Assembly (NCBI RefSeq): GCF_000018785.1 | Contig: NC_010163.1 | Location: 840,001 to 872,000, forward strand | DNA from: Acholeplasma laidlawii PG-8A | GTDB lineage: Bacteria; Bacillota_I; Bacilli_A; Acholeplasmatales; Acholeplasmataceae | Direction: 5' to 3' | DNA length: 32,000 bases | Shown: piece after piece, positions 29,385 through 32,000 of the stretch | Layout of the letters: every line of letters starts with the position of its first letter | How positions within the stretch are numbered: position 1 is the first letter of the stretch | Program-made: the position numbers and the translations under genes | Notes under the pieces: generated by a model | What the model was told of the DNA's origin: nothing | Seen by the model: only the letters and a program-made list of their open reading frames with translations | Database searches by the model: none

Positions 29385-29406
29385 ATAGATATGAGAGGTG
29401 ATTTTA

Positions 29407-29781
29407 ATGAGTGTAACATGGTTTAATGGGGAACCAAAGGAAATTGTAGTAACAATTACACCGATAAACTTAACAGTAAATAAATCCGGTGTACAATTCT
29501 TTGAGTTTGCCAATCAGGTAATGTTAGGATATGATAAGGATAAAGATGTGATCTTAATTCGTCCCTTATCAAAAGATGATGTGTTAAGAGGGGATATCCC
29601 CGAACATACTAGATATAACATCAGCGTGAATGCTTCTTATGGAAGAATTGCTAATAAAGCATTCATTAGTCGAATATCTACTGTATTTGAATTAGTTTTT
29701 GAAGAAAAGGGGACGAAATTCAAAGCTGTTTGGAATAAAAATTCCAACATCTTAGAAGTTCGATTAAAGGAGGTATTATAA
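29407..29781 (+). CDS. Hypothetical protein, first gene of the NfeD/SPFH operon
   Basis: 124 aa ORF (MSVTWFNGEPKEIVVTITPINLTVNKSGVQFFEFANQVMLGYDKDKDVILIRPLSKDDV...). Start at 29407 behind GAGAGGTG; ends 1 nt before the NfeD gene. Confidence 0.8.
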   Translation: MSVTWFNGEPKEIVVTITPINLTVNKSGVQFFEFANQVMLGYDKDKDVILIRPLSKDDVLRGDIPEHTRYNISVNASYGRIANKAFISRISTVFELVFEEKGTKFKAVWNKNSNILEVRLKEVL

Positions 29782-29782
29782 C

Positions 29783-30241
29783 ATGATTGAGTTTCTAGCT
29801 GAATATGCAATATGGTTTTGGCTGTTAGTATTTGTTACTACGATTATTATTGAGTTTATGACTGTAGAATTTGTTAGCATTTGGTTTGCGCTTGCTTCTA
29901 TTCCTACATTAATTATCTCAATATTTATGCCAACAAATATCGGACTTCAAATGATCGTATTTTTCTTAACAGGGTTTATTCTTATGATACTTACTAGACC
30001 TGCATTAGTTAAATACTTTAAAAAGAATATCGTTTCAACCAATGTTGATGCCTATGTAGGTAAATCAGCAATAGTTATCAAAGAGATTTCACCCTTGACT
30101 CGTGGTCAAGTAGATTTTGAACATATGAACTGGACCGCTATTTCATCAGAAGATATTGAAGTAGGAGCTACTGTTCGTATTCTTGCAATTGAAGGAAATA
30201 AATTTATAGTAACTAAAATTAATAAGGAGGATTTAAATTAA
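29783..30241 (+). CDS. NfeD-like membrane protein
   Basis: TM-rich N-terminus (MIEFLAEYAIWFWLLVFVTTIIIEFMTVEFVSIWFALAS) with C-terminal OB-like domain (GKSAIVIKEISPLTRGQVDFEHMNWTAISSEDIEVGATVRILAIEGNKFIV). Confidence 0.9.
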   Translation: MIEFLAEYAIWFWLLVFVTTIIIEFMTVEFVSIWFALASIPTLIISIFMPTNIGLQMIVFFLTGFILMILTRPALVKYFKKNIVSTNVDAYVGKSAIVIKEISPLTRGQVDFEHMNWTAISSEDIEVGATVRILAIEGNKFIVTKINKEDLN

Positions 30242-30242
30242 T

Positions 30243-31166
30243 ATGGAACCAGGACAAGTAGTATTAATTGTATTAGTTGTTGTACTAGGTGTACTTGCAT
30301 TACTTGTAATATCAGGTGTGCGTATTGTTACACAAACTAAAAAGTACGTTGTAGAACGTTTAGGAGCTTATCACACAACATGGGGCGTTGGTATTCACTG
30401 GCTTTTTCCATTTGTAGATAGAGTGGTATCTGTGGTATCACTTAAAGAACAAGTTAAAGACTTTGATCCACAAGCAGTAATCACTAAAGATAACGTTACA
30501 ATGCAAATCGATACGATCGTATTTTATCAAGTTACAGATCCAAAACTTTATGCTTATGGTGTTGAAAACCCAATACTAGCGATTGAAGCATTATCTGCTA
30601 CAACACTTCGTAACATCTTAGGGGATTTAGAACTTGATACTTCTTTAACCTCAAGAGATATTATCAACACCAAGATGCGCCACATCTTAGATGATGCTAC
30701 TGATAAATGGGGTATTAAAGTAAACCGTGTTGAAGTTAAAAACATTATGCCACCTAAAGACATTAGAGACTCTATGGAAAAGCAAATGCGTGCTGAACGT
30801 GAAAGACGTCAAACCATTTTAATTGCTGAGGGTGAAAAACGTGCTAAGATTTTAGAAGCTGAAGGTATTAATGAATCGATTATTTTAAAAGCTCAAGCGG
30901 ATAAACAACAAGTGATTTTAAACGCGGAAGCTCAAGCAGAATCTATTCGTCAATTAAAAGAAGCTGAAGCATTAGGTATTAAGTTAATTAAAGAAGCTGC
31001 ACCAGATGCAGCTGTACTACAAATTAAGGCTTATGAAGCACTTGCTAAACTTGCTGAAGGTCAAGCTACAAAGATTGTAGTTCCATCTAATTTAGCCGAT
31101 TTAGCTGGTACAGTGACTGCATTAACTGAAGTTGTTCAATCAGGTAAAGAACCAACTAAAAAATAA
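30243..31166 (+). CDS. SPFH/Band 7 domain protein (stomatin/paraslipin-like)
   Basis: YVVERLGAYHTTWGVGIHWLFPFVDRV, LKEQVKDFDPQAVITKDNVTMQIDTIVFYQVTDP, MRAERERRQTILIAEGEKRAKILEAEG. Confidence 0.95.
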   Translation: MEPGQVVLIVLVVVLGVLALLVISGVRIVTQTKKYVVERLGAYHTTWGVGIHWLFPFVDRVVSVVSLKEQVKDFDPQAVITKDNVTMQIDTIVFYQVTDPKLYAYGVENPILAIEALSATTLRNILGDLELDTSLTSRDIINTKMRHILDDATDKWGIKVNRVEVKNIMPPKDIRDSMEKQMRAERERRQTILIAEGEKRAKILEAEGINESIILKAQADKQQVILNAEAQAESIRQLKEAEALGIKLIKEAAPDAAVLQIKAYEALAKLAEGQATKIVVPSNLADLAGTVTALTEVVQSGKEPTKK

Positions 31167-31179
31167 GTGGTAAATAAAT

Positions 31180-31208
31180 AAGGTACTGTTCAAAGTGAAC
31201 AGTACCTT
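31180..31208. terminator. Bidirectional terminator between the SPFH gene and the M42-like gene
   Basis: Perfect 13-bp stem AAGGTACTGTTCA/TGAACAGTACCTT with T-rich flank. Confidence 0.85.
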
Positions 31209-31211
31209 TTA

Positions 31212-32000
31212 TTATGTATATAATATCTCTTCTATGACTTTATCATTTAAGGATTCAACAAATAGTTTGAGTAACTTTTTAGTATGAACTAAATCAGAAT
31301 AGTCTATCATTTGGTGATGTGAGTGTTTATTTTTGATTGGTATACCAATGGATAATGTTGCAGCACCTAATTTTGATAGTTGAAGATAATGACCTTCACT
31401 TAAAACTGATTGTTGGTGTGCTTCTTGATAAGGTATTTTATGTAGTTTGCACAAGTTAAGTACATAATTTCTTAGTCTTGGATGAGCAATTAAGCCTTGA
31501 TCATAAAAACTAATTACCGGTCCACCCCCTAATTTAATAAAATCAGGCATCGTGTGATCTGTACTATCCATGGTATCTAAACTGATAGCTATATCAGGTT
31601 CTACCATGTAACTTGCTGTTTTAGCACCTTTCATGTTCATCTTGTGTTGAACAGTAAATGCAGCATTAAGTGCTACTTTTAAGTTTTCTACTTCTTCTAA
31701 AAGTTCACTTAATACATAAACAGATGATCTCGTATCTAAAGCTTTTGAAATAAAACGGTCATTTTCTAGTGACTTAAATTCAGCATAACGCGTAACCATA
31801 TCACCGATTTGAATACCTTTATCAAATGCTTCTTTATCCGATTTAAAACCAGCATCTAAATAAAGTGTTTTAAAGTCTTCTACTCTAGGTAGTTCATCAC
31901 CTGCTTGATAGGTTAAAGGCTTACCAATTAATGTAGCTAAAAATGTTTTATCTTTGGTTGTAACTAAAAATAATTGGTTTAATGAGTTCTTAGCATGCAT
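31212..32000 (-). CDS. M42-family aminopeptidase/glucanase homologue, 5' end outside the window; catalytic Glu pair not conserved
   Basis: ISKALDTRSSVYVL (cf. ALDDR), AAFTVQHKMNMKGAKTASYMVEPDIAISLDTMDSTD (cf. VQEEVGLRGAK..LD), IPIKNKHSHHQMIDYSDL (cf. MHSPVEVVDLRDL). Confidence 0.85.
   Translation of the reverse strand: MHAKNSLNQLFLVTTKDKTFLATLIGKPLTYQAGDELPRVEDFKTLYLDAGFKSDKEAFDKGIQIGDMVTRYAEFKSLENDRFISKALDTRSSVYVLSELLEEVENLKVALNAAFTVQHKMNMKGAKTASYMVEPDIAISLDTMDSTDHTMPDFIKLGGGPVISFYDQGLIAHPRLRNYVLNLCKLHKIPYQEAHQQSVLSEGHYLQLSKLGAATLSIGIPIKNKHSHHQMIDYSDLVHTKKLLKLFVESLNDKVIEEILYT

Noticed and set aside
1-32000. Search for phage, transposase, toxin-antitoxin, restriction, CRISPR or other defence modules
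   Set aside because: None were recognised. Nearly all long ORFs match housekeeping families, and no tandem direct-repeat array or terminal inverted repeats with a transposase were seen by eye.

Overview
This 32 kb window is AT-rich and looks like a Mollicutes chromosome, most likely Acholeplasma-like. TGG encodes Trp and TGA acts as a stop (for example at recU). It is mostly dense housekeeping sequence: a partial Ca2+-type P-ATPase, rnpB, pnp/rpsO, the c-di-AMP receptor gene, ribF/truB, trxA, mutS2 and rnhC. It also has a nine-gene, T-box-led run (GNAT-hisS-aspS-msrA-comEB-PDZ/Lon protease-membrane protein-lspA-rluD), then perM-dtd-rel-apt, rarA, a DJ-1/PfpI gene, RNase J, recU, and thiT behind a TPP riboswitch. 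The right end carries a hypothetical-NfeD-SPFH operon and a partial M42-family gene. I found no mobile element, CRISPR array, phage or obvious defence system. The observations most worth a second look are: (1) a glycerophosphodiesterase gene split by a single extra base at CCT-TGA; (2) an M42-family peptidase homologue whose canonical catalytic Glu-Glu is His-Lys; (3) a TPP riboswitch with a readable 8-nt antiterminator/terminator switch; (4) a T-box leader placed ahead of a GNAT gene in a long overlapping operon; (5) an uncharacterised small protein gene leading an NfeD/SPFH operon behind a consensus promoter.
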